NCBI GenBank assembly: GCA_905178155.1 | Contig: CAJINV010000002.1 | Coordinates: forward strand, 11,971,102-12,035,101 | DNA from: Amoebophrya sp. A120 | Taxonomy: Eukaryota > Protista > Dinoflagellata | Direction: 5' to 3' | Length of the DNA stretch: 64,000 nt | Part shown: in pieces, positions 22,501 through 34,454 of the stretch | Position numbering within the stretch: position 1 is the first letter of the stretch | Layout of the letters: each line of letters opens with the position of its first letter | The notes under the pieces: model-generated | The model's input: only the letters and a program-made list of their open reading frames with translations | Databases searched by the model: none | What the model was told of the DNA's origin: nothing | Made by a program: the position numbers and the translations under genes

Positions 22501-25500
22501 TCCACTTTTCCACCCGATCCCTCACTAGGTCCATGATTGGATGATGAACGTGGCCCGGGGGTGCCTGATTTTCGAGCCGCACGCGCGGTTCAACTCTGAG
22601 GACCTGTACATGATCCTGAACCGCGCCAAGTTTCCGACCGTGGCCATCATCGCGATGCTCCGCGACAAGACCGACCAGTACACGGTACTGGATGCCATTC
22701 CGGAGTCCGAGGGCGGTGTGTACGGGGCGATGGGACCCTCGGCGATCCCGCGGAAGCGGGACCCCCACTTTCGCGAGAAGGACGACGACGAGGGGACCAA
22801 GCAGTTCGGCCCCACCGGCATGTTCGACGATGCCAAAACCATGCGGGCATTACAAGAATTAGCTGCTGAGTATTGAAGATTTTTGATGTTTGTACGTTGC
22901 ACCCAAGAACTCGTCTGTAGTTTTTCATCATCCATGGCTTGCCATCTTGCATGTCGAGATTCATCTTCCATGGACGACGCATGATCTTTGCTGTATATGA
23001 ATATTATCGACGTGATTTTTCCCTGGACACCGACATTGTTGATATTGTCACACACTACACATCTACAGGGATTTGGATCTTGAGAAACAGGGTCTCCTGG
23101 AGGATATCGAAGAGGACGGGGAATACGACAGCGACCTATCAAATGTAAAAATGTCTGGGTCTGGAAACTTGTAATGCTGAGTGACGTAGCATGAGGAACC
23201 CACAAATGACGGCCCAGCATGACAAGTTTCTGAACTTCTAAGTGTTGCCTATTCTGCATGACAAAGTACGACTCTGCATCACAGAAAAAAAAGGTTTTTG
23301 GGTAACGCGCATGACAGACTTGAGAGTCCTGCTGGCCTAGCATGACAAACCTTGCATTTTTCCAGACCCAGACATTTTTTGCATTGGATACGACCTGGAT
23401 ACAGACGACGAGCTTCTGTCGGAGGATATGCATTGCAAAAGTATCGTACTAGTATGAATCGCAATACAAATTTTCCCAGAAGGAAAAATGGAATTTGTAA
23501 TGCTGATTTCGCTAAGAAACANGACCGGTTCTTCCATATCAAAGTGAAAAAAGCCCCCACCCCATATCGGAAACAGAAGATGCGCGAATTTGTGATGCTG
23601 TATTTGAGTACACAAATCAGGTTTGTATTGCAGGAAAGCATTGCAGTCAGGTCCCCAGGCTAGGTAGGGGCGTATGCGTTTAGTTGTTCAGCATGGCAAG
23701 CAGCTCCCTTCTAGGCCCAAGAGCATGACAAATCGCTTCCATAGTGGGGCGGAAGCTTCTGCCCTTGTCTTCTTGCAATACAAATGCGATTTTCGACCTC
23801 AAATCACCTCCAGGGCTACGTGCGACCCCTCCGACGCTGCGTGTGGAAGGAGGAAGTTCGGCGTGTCGGGTGAGGGACCCCCGACGGCTGGCCTACGGAT
23901 ATCAGGTGGATCACAGGCTCAAATCAGCAACACAAATTTTCGGAAACATACCTTTTCGATATGGGGAGGGGGGATTTTTGCTTTTGATAGTCTCCAACCC
24001 GAGGTCGCGGTCCAACTCCCCGGATGCGCGCCCGCGACAACCGGCCGAGGCACAGACGATCCAGAGCGCGGAGGGGATTGCGACGCCGGACTGGTACCAG
24101 GCACCCGGAAGCAACGCGCAGTCTCTGGCCCCAAACGCCATAGCAGGCAGTATTAACGTGGCAACATCGCTCGCACCCGGGTCGGGCCCGGGCAGCGGCA
24201 TGAACAAGACAAATTCAAACAGCGACGCCGGGACGCAGAAAGAGGGCAGCGTGCACCCGGCTATCTACGACCCGCATTTGTTGGAGAACTACCAGATTCC
24301 GATGTTGGAGGAGGGCAAGTTTTACGCGTTGAAGTCCGTGATGGCCCACAATGCAGCGGAGTTCCAGGTCTTCCTGCGGGAGGTGGACCTGTTGCAGAAG
24401 CTGGCGGGGAACCCCTACGTCATCCACTTACTCGATGTCACCGTGTTGGAACAGGATAGACAGGTAGTGAGTCAGGCTTATTATGTAAAAACTGAATTGT
24501 GCGAGAACAAGTGCGCGCAAGGGGTGAAAATTGTATGCTTGATGAAGATTTTGTACGCAAACAAATCAAAAATGACTTGAAAACGAATTGAATCTGAAGT
24601 CTTCCAAAATTACAACAGCTCTTCTTGGTACTCGAGCTTGCAGACACAGATTTCGGGCGGTATCTGACCCTGAACCATAATCTGACCGCGCAACAAATAT
24701 TGGACTTCTGGGTGCAGATGGTGATCGCCGTCAGAACAATGCACCGAGACCACGACGTCATCCATTTTGACTTGAAGCCAGCGAATTTTTTGATGGTACA
24801 ATTTTGAATGTCAATGTCTACGGTCTTCTTTATTGAGAATGTGTCAAAGCGAATCCGATTAATCATTAGCAATACAGGGCAATGTGCGTTTTCTCGCACA
24901 CAGTGTGCGTTTTCTCGCACATCAGTAGCAAAGAAAAGTAGCACATAAAACGAAAACTTCTCATAATTGGTCACCACAGGTAAATGGGCGGCTCAAGCTG
25001 GCGGATTTCGGTCTTGCGCGGCAGCTGGGCGACGAGGCCACGCACGTCTCTAGGACAAACCGCGCGGGCACACTGAAATACATGGCCCCTGAGTGTATCT
25101 ATCAGCCGCACGCGCAGAAGTTGCGACTGGGCAAGGAGTCGGACGTATGGTCTCTGGGGATTATCCTGTGTCGAATGATTTACAACACAACACCGCACGC
25201 ACACTTGCAGGACAACCACACAAGAATGCTCATCGCCATTTCCGACACCAGAACAAAGATCAATCTGGTGGACTGCCCACGACTTTACCTTAGGGACGAC
25301 GGAGTGACGGACCAGAATATGCGAGAGGTATAATGTCCGTGTTTGCTTTCACCAGACCAACGGCAACGAACTCAAACTATTCATTGTAGTGATGAAAATA
25401 ACAAGGTCTTGTTCATTTTCTGCAGTTGAAGTTGTATACAACCAGGATACTTGTTTGGCTGTGCAAAATACCCTAGCAAACCGCATTTTGTTTGCACATG

Positions 25501-26726
25501 ATTTTTTGTATGCCTTCCACTTTTCCACCCGATCCCTCACTAGGTCCATGATTGGATGATGAACGTGGCCCGGGGGTGCCTGATTTTCGAGCCGCACGCG
25601 CGGTTCAACTCTGAGGACCTGTACATGATCCTGAACCGCGCCAAGTTTCCGACCGTGGCCATCATCGCGATGCTCCGCGACAAGACCGACCAGTACACGG
25701 TACTGGATGCCATTCCGGAGTCCGAGGGCGGTGTGTACGGGGCGATGGGACCCTCGGCGATCCCGCGGAAGCGGGACCCCCACTTTCGCGAGAAGGACGA
25801 CGACGAGGGGACCAAGCAGTTCGGCCCCACCGGCATGTTCGACGATGCCAAAACCATGCGGGCATTACAAGAATTAGCTGCTGAGTATTGAAGATTTTTG
25901 ATGTTTGTACGTTGCACCCAAGAACTCGTCTGTAGTTTTTCATCATCCATGGCTTGCCATCTTGCATGTCGAGATTCATCTTCCATGGACGACGCATGAT
26001 CTTTGCTGTATATGAATATTATCGACGTGATTTTTCCCTGGACACCGACATTGTTGATATTGTCACACACTACACATCTACAGGGATTTGGATCTTGAGA
26101 AACAGGGTCTCCTGGAGGATATCGAAGAGGACGGGGAATACGACAGCGACCTATCAAATGTAAAAATGTCTGGGTCTGGAAACTTGTAATGCTGAGTGAC
26201 GTAGCATGAGGAACCCACAAATGACGGCCCAGCATGACAAGTTTCTGAACTTCTAAGTGTTGCCTATTCTGCATGACAAAGTACGACTCTGCATCACAGA
26301 AAAAAAAGGTTTTTGGGTAACGCGCATGACAGACTTGAGAGTCCTGCTGGCCTAGCATGACAAACCTTGCATTTTTCCAGACCCAGACATTTTTTGCATT
26401 GGATACGACCTGGATACAGACGACGAGCTTCTGTCGGAGGATATGCATTGCAAAAGTATCGTACTAGTATGAATCGCAATACAAATTTTCCCAGAAGGAA
26501 AAATGGAATTTGTAATGCTGATTTCGCTAAGAAACAAGATTTGTCATGCGTGGTTGCAATTAGTACGAGTGCGATACTTTTGCACAGGATAGAGGAGGAA
26601 GAAAAGCGAAACTCAAGCTGTATGACCATCCTCATTGTTCTCCTCTCTATCATCGTCGCAGGTCTCATCGGCTGCATCATCGCCGCGGTCATGCTGCATC
26701 AGAAGAGAATGCAGTCCTCCACGTAG
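19549..26726 (+). CDS. MPS1: Mps1/TTK-like protein kinase with C-terminal transmembrane segment (~777 aa if the 3-kb duplication is collapsed)
   Basis: Exons 19549-20271, 20486-20532, 20980-21448, 21604-21780, 21965-22312, 22529-22869, 23069-23136, 23396-23426 and 26597-26726 form one open frame. Motifs are LGRGGSADVFKV, FYALK, FWVQMVIAVRTMH, IHFDLKPANFLMVNGRLKLADFG, GTLKYMAPE and SDVWSLGIILCRMIY. There are four GT-AG introns and four introners. Confidence 0.75.
20272..20480. mobile_element. Introner family B (209 bp) in the kinase gene
   Basis: TATCAAACAAAAAAAGTTCGTCAC...GTGACAAACTTTTTTCTCTCCATA; direct repeat GCACA/GCACG; reverse-complement relative of 39628-39833. Confidence 0.9.
20533..20974. 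mobile_element. Introner family C (442 bp) in the kinase gene
   Basis: TIR TATCAAAAG(G/C)AAAAATCCCCCCTCCCCA; direct repeat GTGTC/GTCTC; removal gives EEVVSNPRS. Confidence 0.9.
20587..26536 (+). repeat. Apparently identical 2.9-kb direct duplication (20587-23521 = 23602-26536, offset 3015), probable assembly artefact
   Basis: The ORF tracks are identical at offset 3015. The junction has an N at 23522 followed by ~95 nt identical to 28465-28560, which belongs to another gene and introner. Confidence 0.9.
23137..23390. mobile_element. Introner family A (254 bp) in the kinase gene; duplicate copy at 26152-26405
   Basis: TATCAAATGTAAAAATGTCTGGGTCTGGAAA...TTTCCAGACCCAGACATTTTTTGCATTGGATA; direct repeat CGACC/CGACC; removal gives EYDSDLDTDDELL. 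Confidence 0.9.
26442..26591. mobile_element. Introner family D (150 bp) in the kinase gene; truncated copy at 23427-23521
   Basis: TATGCATTGCAAAAGTATCG...CGATACTTTTGCACAGGATA; direct repeat GAGGA/GAGGA; removal joins LLSE to EEEKRNSS and the TM exon. Confidence 0.85.
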
Positions 26727-28189
26727 TAAACTGTTGTACACAATGACTTTCCTGGGGGTTACCTACCACGACAACCACAAGCGACACAAAATAGAAGCAA
26801 GCACCTGTAGTTCTCATGAGTCATAAGTACATACATGAATCCACAGCGAGTTACCTAATCATGTTCTTGTTCCAATTATGTTCCTTTCGTACGAGTAGTT
26901 GAGTTCCTATCATACAATACGCCTTCGCACACGGTGCGAACTCCTTGTCTAATCATGATATATTTACATTCACTAGATGCGATCGCGCATACAAGCCAGT
27001 GAACTGTTCTTTTTTCTGTTTGACGATTGTGCTCTGACATGTTTGGCTTTTTCAAAATCTTTATCATCTTGACAAACGTGGTGGTGAAAATATTTAAGGC
27101 GAACTCAGGGCGGGCCTGTAAGGTCATGCTCCTCCGTGATGTTACTGTATAATGAAGCAAAGACCAAAGAGGTCGTGGGTTGCTACGAGTACAATGTACA
27201 GCCTGCTGTCGATCACATTGCTATGGTTTGAGTATACGATATTTCTATACAACTGAATTTGTGTACATGTTGGAGCAAAATTCTTGTCTCTCTCCGGAGA
27301 CGACGACGCGACTGACAATATTAGATAATATTGAGCGATTTTGTCACAATCTGCTTCTGCGGCCAGAACCTTTTACTGGGACAGACATAGAAGATCGGGG
27401 ATTTTGTGACTTTTCCAGGTTGTCGCTACACGGTATCTCACGACACGACGTTGCTGGCCATTGAAAGGAAAAGAACGCTATTCCCCGCACTGCTAGTCTC
27501 ATTTTGGTTCGCGTTCAAGCAACGAACGGATGCTGCAGTTTCAACAGCAAGTTTTTACACGAGAAAAGACGGGCTGCGATGGAAAAGATCGTCGAAAAAA
27601 GAGGAGAAAGCGCTGCATGCTCCTGAGGGTTCCTCGACGGTGCCGAACTTGCGTGTTCAACATATCGCGCGCCGTGGTCTGTCCGCAAAAACGATGATAT
27701 GTTCAGGATTGAAGATCCTCTGTGTGATGTTGATCACGTCATCTCAACAAGCGCTTCCTGGCAAAATCGATGTAATGTATGCGTGTTTTCGCTTTCGGTT
27801 TCGATTAGCGTACGGTACAGCTACAGGTATTCTTATTTCTTGTGCTTTTCGTGGATCCCTCCCTTTTATTTTCTGTTGCTTTTCGTTTTGCGCAATTCGC
27901 AAGTTCTACGAAAGTTCAGATGTTGTTTGTACAAGAACATCACAGTTTCGGTCGAGAATCTGCGCCGACGCAGCTGCATTGATCCACTCTCGAGATAGGT
28001 AGAAGAAAAAGTCGAGCACCAACTGGTGCTGCTCTAGAAATTCCTCACATTTCTTGCTTCTGTATCTTGTTCCTGTAGTTCTAGTTGGTAGGTTCTTTAT
28101 TGGTGAAAAAATGTTTCGCAAGTTGAAAAGAATGAAGCGAATTTCGGTTTTGTTGCTTCTGTTTTCGCACAACGCGTACTTTTTCCAGC

Positions 28190-31100
28190 TCTGCGTCTGT
28201 TTGTACCAGGAGCTGTTTGAAGACTACTCTGGTGCCCCGAAAAAAACACGAAGCTCCACGTCCTCAACAGACAAAGGTACTACAGAAGAGGCGGACGCTT
28301 CGTCTTCTTGGCGTGCCAGCTTCAATGAGGAGCTGGAAAAGCTTGTGTACGTGGGAGAGATAGAGGATGGGTACAACGCCGCGATCTCCAAGCAGACACT
28401 TACGCGCGAGGCACGGGAAGTGCTTAAGGACTCAACGAAACACAGTCGGCACAAAGCGTTCTGGGACCGGTTCTTCCATATCAAAGTGAAAAAAGCCCCC
28501 ACCCCATATCGGAAACAGAAGATGCGCGAATTTGTGATGCTGTATTTGAGTACACAAATCGACTTGTATTGCTAGAAGGCCAAGAGACGAAGCTGCGGCC
28601 TAAATGGCAGGTAATCTGTCATGCTGTTTCCCACTTCCAGTTGCCTCCTGTCATCCTGGAGCTGCAAGGCTTTCCCACGCTAGACAGCACTACAGTGCGC
28701 ATCTTTTGCCTTCTGGCATCACAAAGGTGATTTGTGACCCCAAATCTGCATCACAGATTTCCGTTTTGATATGGGGAGGGGGCATTTTTCATTGTAATAT
28801 TCCAGGAAGACACCTTGGTGAAACCAGACACGGCTCGGCAAAGCAGCACCCGGCAGGGCGGAGGTGAGGCCAGAAGAGCCGTGGACGGTAAGATGAATTT
28901 GTAACAGTAAAAATCGTAATTGATGTAATACAGAACCTAGACGACCTTACTGAGCGTAAGCAGGAAGATGGAGCGAGAAAGAAAAAAGAACCATTCTATT
29001 CATTTCCCTTCTCCAAAACCAAATCCCTTGGCTCTGTTGTGATCATCTTTTTCGCAAACGACTGAAGGGCGCAGCCTGTCCGATTGGTCCTCGCAATCTT
29101 GCACGCACACAAAGCCTGCGGGCGAGTTGCGGCCCTGGTGGATGGTGGAACTGGATGCGAACATTCCGATCGGCACCGTTCACATCCTGAATCGCAAAGA
29201 AGCGGCCGATATGCATTGCAAATACGTATTGGTCTGGACGAAAGATGGAGCATGTATTGTGTGTCTTCAGTCTTTATTTGCATGATTCCCCAAGAACCAG
29301 TTTTGTATGACAAGGAAAAGTAGGAGCGCCACTTTCTTGATCATGCAAAATAGACGAAGTCTGTATAAATGCGAAGCCCCCCGTGGGAAAATTGTCATGC
29401 TTTGACGCGCTAGAAATTTTTCTGAGACTCATTCATATACACTTCACAAAGTTCCAGACCCAGGAAAAAATACCCCATGCATAGCCGATCGACTGTCCGA
29501 GTTCGAGGTCCGGATTGGAAACGATCGAAATCTCGCGTTGGACAATTCCCATTCTTCAAGTGGGAGAAGTAGAGGCTCCTCCACCAGCACTTCTTCTGGA
29601 GCTTCTTACTCGGTCTGTCGCGGCGATTCCCGGAACCCCGGGCCGGGAGCCTGGGCGGTGGTGGACTGCAGTGGCTTTGAAGGGAAGTACCTCGCGGTCG
29701 TATTGACCGCAGACGATCCAAAGGCGGTGCTCACACTCTGTGAGGTATCTGTAAGTCGCAAAAATGTTGATGCAAGGTGTACTGTGTGGAGCTCGAAAGT
29801 GCTACTCTAGAAAGTGAGAAATTTAAAAGCGATATCAGACTCCAGCCTGTGGTGTGCCCGTTGTGCAACAGGTTTTTTCCCCTGACTATGATAATGGTGC
29901 CCGTGGTCGATTCTGCTTCTATGCTCCACACACCAGGTTCTTGTCTACCCGCAGTCGATTCGACATCACCCTTTCTTCCTTTCCGCTGCCCTGGCATTCG
30001 ACGAGTATACGCAGATTTTGCGCAGCTCCAACGAGAAACGGGAAGCCTATTACGTCCTTGGGTTGGCGAAGTTAAGGCAGCTACTCAGACAGTTGTTCGC
30101 GCTCGAGAAGCTGAACGGCATGCAAGACGAGGAGAAGAGTGGCGGGATGAGAACAAGAAAACAAATTGCCACAAGTTCTTCGTCGAGGGTTAAGAACTCA
30201 GCGAACTGGATCGAGCAGGTCGAGGAACTGTACACAGCGCTATCGCTGGAACTGCCCACGGAATTTCGCCAGCGACCGGAGATACTGCGCATGCGCGCCG
30301 AACTGTACGCCGAGGTCGGTTTTTCGCCCTCCTGCGCAGAGGTTTTGCAGCACGGAGCAGGAGGAGCCTCCTCAGGCGGGGACTCGGCATCTGCCTTCGC
30401 AGGCACTGCGGACGGGTTGCCGGGACAGGAGGAGGGCGACGATTCCGCCCTGGACACAAGGTCCACCTCCGCCATCGCGACGCTGAAGGGCAAGGGGAAG
30501 TTGCACCAAAGGAAAGAGGCTGCGCTAGCAAAAGCAGCAAGCAATAATAAAGCGATAACGGCTTCTGGTGAAAAATTATCCAGTTCCTCAAGTAGTACCA
30601 GTTCTAGCTCAACAATTCCCCCCGCGGATCAGCTGGATGGAGCGACGAGTCCGGCGCAGAATAGCATCTGTTGCAAGGACAGCATTCTCGGGACGAACAG
30701 TGGGTGCCTGTCTACTGCCTTGGCCTTGTACAAGTTTGCGGAGAACTTGGAGGAGGAGGCGGATTTGCTATACGAGAAAGCAATCGAGCATATCCTGAGT
30801 AAAAACATCCCCACACCAGAGTCAAGATGGGGATTTTGCAACACAAACCTAGAACTTTTGGGGGTCACGCAATACAAGTTGCAGTCCGTAGTGTAGTGCA
30901 GGTTCGCAAGGCCAGCTGCATCAGAAATCCATCTGCTTATCCTGTTTACAGCATTACAAATTACAAAACACGACTAAAAATGCCTCTCCTGGCGATGCGC
31001 ATTACAAATGTTCCTGTCATTGCAAATCTGCATGACAACTCCGTAGCCATTTTGGCTCAAGGCTCTGCCTTGTTGCCTGAGATCCTACAAATCTAGAATA

Positions 31101-34100
31101 GGGGGAGCTATGCCGTAGAGTAGATTTGATAGCTCACAATCATTTTACCACCACTGACACCACGTCGGTATCTCCCCCGACTCCCTGAAGAGGAGTTTCG
31201 AAAGAAGTAGATAAACACCCGAGCGTGGCGGGTCCGCTGTGCCCCCCTTTACAGTAGCCTACTAGATCTCAGGCCCCCCTATACACTAGCCGAGATCTCA
31301 GAACCAGCGCCCCGTGCTGCCGAGTACCCCTCCTAAAAATGACCTCCTCCCCGCCCGGACACGGCGCCTGAATCCTGCAGCAGTCGTCCACGCACCATCC
31401 TGCGCAGCAGCAAGGTCCTTGCTTAGCCTGACGGGCATGGGCAGCAACTTCTCCATGTTCGCGGCAGAACCGGAATACGAAATCAGACTGGGGCAGGAGT
31501 TCTGGGAAGGGTTAAGTCCACCATGCCGCCGGTGGATTAAGCAGCTCGGGTAGGCTTCGGCAAACGGACACCAGGTCGAGGTTTCGCGAGCGTGGATGCC
31601 CCCCAGCTCGCCCAAGCCAGTAGCAACAAGCTCAATCGAGTCTTGTTCCCCAGCGCAATAGATGCGATCATGTAGGGGCGCACAATAGATGCGAGCTCAA
31701 GGCTTGGCAGCGCTGGGGGAGATGGTGTTGCCCACGACGCGGGAATATTCCCGCCGTGGAATCGAGAATGAACCTGGCGCCGAACGTTTTACGCTTCTGT
31801 GTTGCTCCCGCGTGGGCAGCGGTCCGCGTGCAGAAACGTGCTCTACTTGAGCAGCCTTGCCAATCGTGTATCTGTACCCCGCACTTTCGGTCATGTGTAA
31901 AGCAATCGCCGATCATGATCGCCAAATCCGGCGGTCTAGTGGATCAGCATTAAATCTCGCACCTCTTACCTTTAATTTGGATGTTTAAACATCACTTCAG
32001 GCTGGCGCTTGTCGCTTAGTGCCTCCAGTGAATGCATTCGTCCAGACAGTAACAACTGGTTTGCCGCAGGCTGCAGCTTTCTCTTGTAGTTGTTGGCCTG
32101 GCTGTACATCCCCGTTATAGTGGTTGCGAGTTGGAAGTTTGCGAGAATCAGAGTAGGGAATTGTTGGCAAAAAAAAGTGAGGCGTTGTTCAGTTGGCAAG
32201 TTGGCACAGTGTGGATGGTTGCGTTATTTTATTTCACCAGAGCTCCAGTTATTTTCCTTCACCAGAGATCCCTTCTAGTTATTTTCCTTCACCAGAGCTC
32301 CAGGTAGTTTATGCGTGATCCCTGGTTTTCCGACAGAGCACTGTCTTGCATGCGTCAGGAAAGCCGCCTTGGGTGCCACGGTACTTGAGGACGTGTTATA
32401 TGTCTCGGGCGCACGTACATACTAGCCTGCAGGGACGGCGGAGCCGGAAAAAAATTGCGAAGTATGTTTGGTGGCGATAACAGAGTTGGAATATAGTGGC
32501 CGGGAGATGATGGTGATGGCACTTAGGTGTCCGCCTGACCCACCCGCCCTGCGTCTCAGGCCATCTGCGGCTATGGCACAATGGGGGGGCAAAGTGTGTC
32601 GCATTTTGTTTAGCATGACAACTCTGGTGTGGGGACGTTTTTACTCAGGATAGAGCAGGGCTTTTCCGCATGGAAGAGCTACTTCCAGACGTGCGAAATT
32701 TTCCTGCCGTTTCTGTTCCAGAAGCAGATATGGATTGCAAAAATGTCTGGGTCTGGAAGATTGCAACTTGTCATGCTAAATCCGAATCATGCAGAAATCT
32801 GTGTTGCATGAGTGCCAAAAGCTGTCCACTTTCGACCAAGTTTGGAGGGAGTTTCTCATGCAGGATTGGCATGATAGAGACTTCGCAGAATCTGTCATGC
32901 GAAGTACCGCATTCCAGACCTCATGGGTCATGGAAAATCTGCATGACAAGTTTTCACTTTTCCAGACCCAGACATTTTTGCAATCCATAGCAGAGCAGCC
33001 AGAACAACAACCTGGCCTGGGACCGGAAGCAGCCGGAGGTGGCCGACCTCGTCGCCGTGCTAGAGAAGAACAAAGTTTTGCTCGAGCAGGACTTGAAAAA
33101 GTTGCTCATGGACCCGCTGGGCTTGTTGAGCTCGTTGCTCAACGAGGCAGCAGTCAATGCCAAGACACCGCCTCAACTTCCGATTGGGGGAAGCAACTCG
33201 GCTTCAGGTACTAGTTCTTCCACGGGCGGCGCCGACCACGCTGCAAGAGACCGAGAACAAACGCTAGACTCCTTTGCGCGACTTGTCCGGGAGAAGCATT
33301 CGAAGAGCCAACTCGGGAAAAATTTGGCAGGAGAGCAGGACGATGGCAGTGCCGAGATCGATGATGGGAGGAATTCAAAGCGAGGCAAAAGGTCAGCACA
33401 AGTAGATGATCATCAAGAGCAGTACGTTTTTAACCGAAATACGTTCTTCCACGTAGCCGCGACGAAGCAGGGCGCGTGGATCAAGTTCGTGCTCTATACG
33501 GGGGAATACGGCTGGAACCCGAGTTACTGTCCGGCGAATGTCGCGGAGAATTACGCGACCAGAAACTTCAACTACGAGCAAAACCTCGTGGGCAAGCAGG
33601 TGACGAGCGAGAGGGAGCTGGCAATCGGGAAGAACAAGCTTCACGCGTGCACCATTTTCGAGAACAACAACCACCTGCTACCCGGGCACGAGTTCAAAGA
33701 TTACTACTTTCTGGCAAACAACGAGGAAGTGTCCTTCCAGTTGTTTCTTCCGCGAACGAAAATAGGCACGCACAGCGGCGGATCCAACACGCGGGTCAAC
33801 TTAGACTTGAATTTGTTCAACGTAGCCGCGGAGAATAAACGCAGTCCAGAGGAAGCAGACGAGTCGACCGGAAGAAACACAAAGAAACGGAAGAAGAACA
33901 AGAAGCAAAAGAACAGCACCACTACCTCGAGCGACCGTGAACTGACGTCGTTTATCGAAAAGGAAATCACGAGTAATGCACTGTTGCAGCCGTTCGTCAC
34001 TGGGGAGTTCTACCGCGGACAAATCGTAGAAGTCGGAGCTGCATCTTCGTCACGTACTGGACTGGGAGTAGAAGTGGCAGGTGAAGAAGATATGTCATTT

Positions 34101-34454
34101 GGCAAAAAACTACGTGCAGATGAAAATACGAGCGACGTCGTGCACAGGAGGCATTTCTTTCGACAACGCATTGGCAATCGGGAATACCAACATGCAGTAC
34201 TAGAAGAAGAAGGCGCTGCGACGAAAAGCAGGAACGTCATCTCCAACGAGGACGTCGTAGTGTACGACGACTGCCAAGATCTCTCGATAGAAGTCGGAGA
34301 CCTCCCCGTTTTCAAGTTCCAGGTGGGCATTATGCACCCGTCACTGATAGAGGAACTGGCGGCGCGAACGCGGCCAGCTGGCAGTAGTAGTGGCGGATCA
34401 TCAAGTACTGGTACCGCAGGGTCAGGAAGGAGAGGGAAAGGCGGAGAACTGTGA
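28190..34454 (+). CDS. Large multi-exon protein with an F-type lectin (fucolectin) domain; 5' end unresolved
   Basis: Removing four introners and the GT-AG intron 28888-29067 gives ARQSSTRQGGGEARRAVDG..SCTHT..PWWMVELD..IGTVHILNRKEAADRLSEFEVRIG..GKYLAVVL..LTLCE. The frame continues through 30015-30790, 32658-32728 and 32995-34454. The junction near 29745-30014 is uncertain. Confidence 0.75.
28479..28799. mobile_element. Introner family C (321 bp)
   Basis: TATCAAAGTGAAAAAAGCCCCCACCCCATATC...GATATGGGGAGGGGGCATTTTTCATTGTAATA; direct repeat TTCCA/TTCCA; removal gives WDRFFQEDTLV. Confidence 0.9.
29210..29483. mobile_element. Degenerate introner (274 bp, A/D-related) inside the lectin motif
   Basis: TATGCA...TGCATA ends with inner GGTCTGGA/TCCAGACC; direct repeat GCCGA/GCCGA; removal restores NRKEAADRL. 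Confidence 0.85.
31040..31061 (+). other. Complete dinoflagellate spliced leader (DinoSL) relic at the 5' end of the nested insertion
   Basis: TCCGTAGCCATTTTGGCTCAAG matches the consensus DCCGTAGCCATTTTGGCTCAAG exactly. It is followed by GC, not GT. Confidence 0.95.
32227..32302. repeat. Short degenerate tandem repeat (TTTATTTTCCTTCACCAGAG unit, about 3 copies)
   Basis: TTCACCAGAG occurs three times with 26-30 nt spacing. Confidence 0.7.
32729..32989. mobile_element. Introner family A (261 bp)
   Basis: TIR TATGGATTGCAAAAATGTCTGGGTCTGGAA; direct repeat GCAGA/GCAGA; removal gives FQKQSSQNNNLAW; opposite orientation to 39301-39564. Confidence 0.92.

Larger units (their letters stand above)
30791..32652. 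mobile_element. Introner family E (1862 bp = ~279-bp element plus a 1.58-kb nested insertion)
   Basis: 32-bp TIR TATCCTGAGTAAAAAC(A/G)TCCCCACACCAGAGT; direct repeat GAGCA/GAGCA; removal gives LYEKAIEQGFSAWKSY. Confidence 0.9.

Noticed and set aside
23602-26536. Second kinase paralogue
   Set aside because: It appears identical including introns, lacks the 5' exons and sits beside an N and a chimeric junction.
31040-31120. Functional SL RNA gene
   Set aside because: There is no GT donor after the leader, no nearby T-run and no tandem array. A retro-derived relic fits better, although a GC donor cannot be fully excluded.
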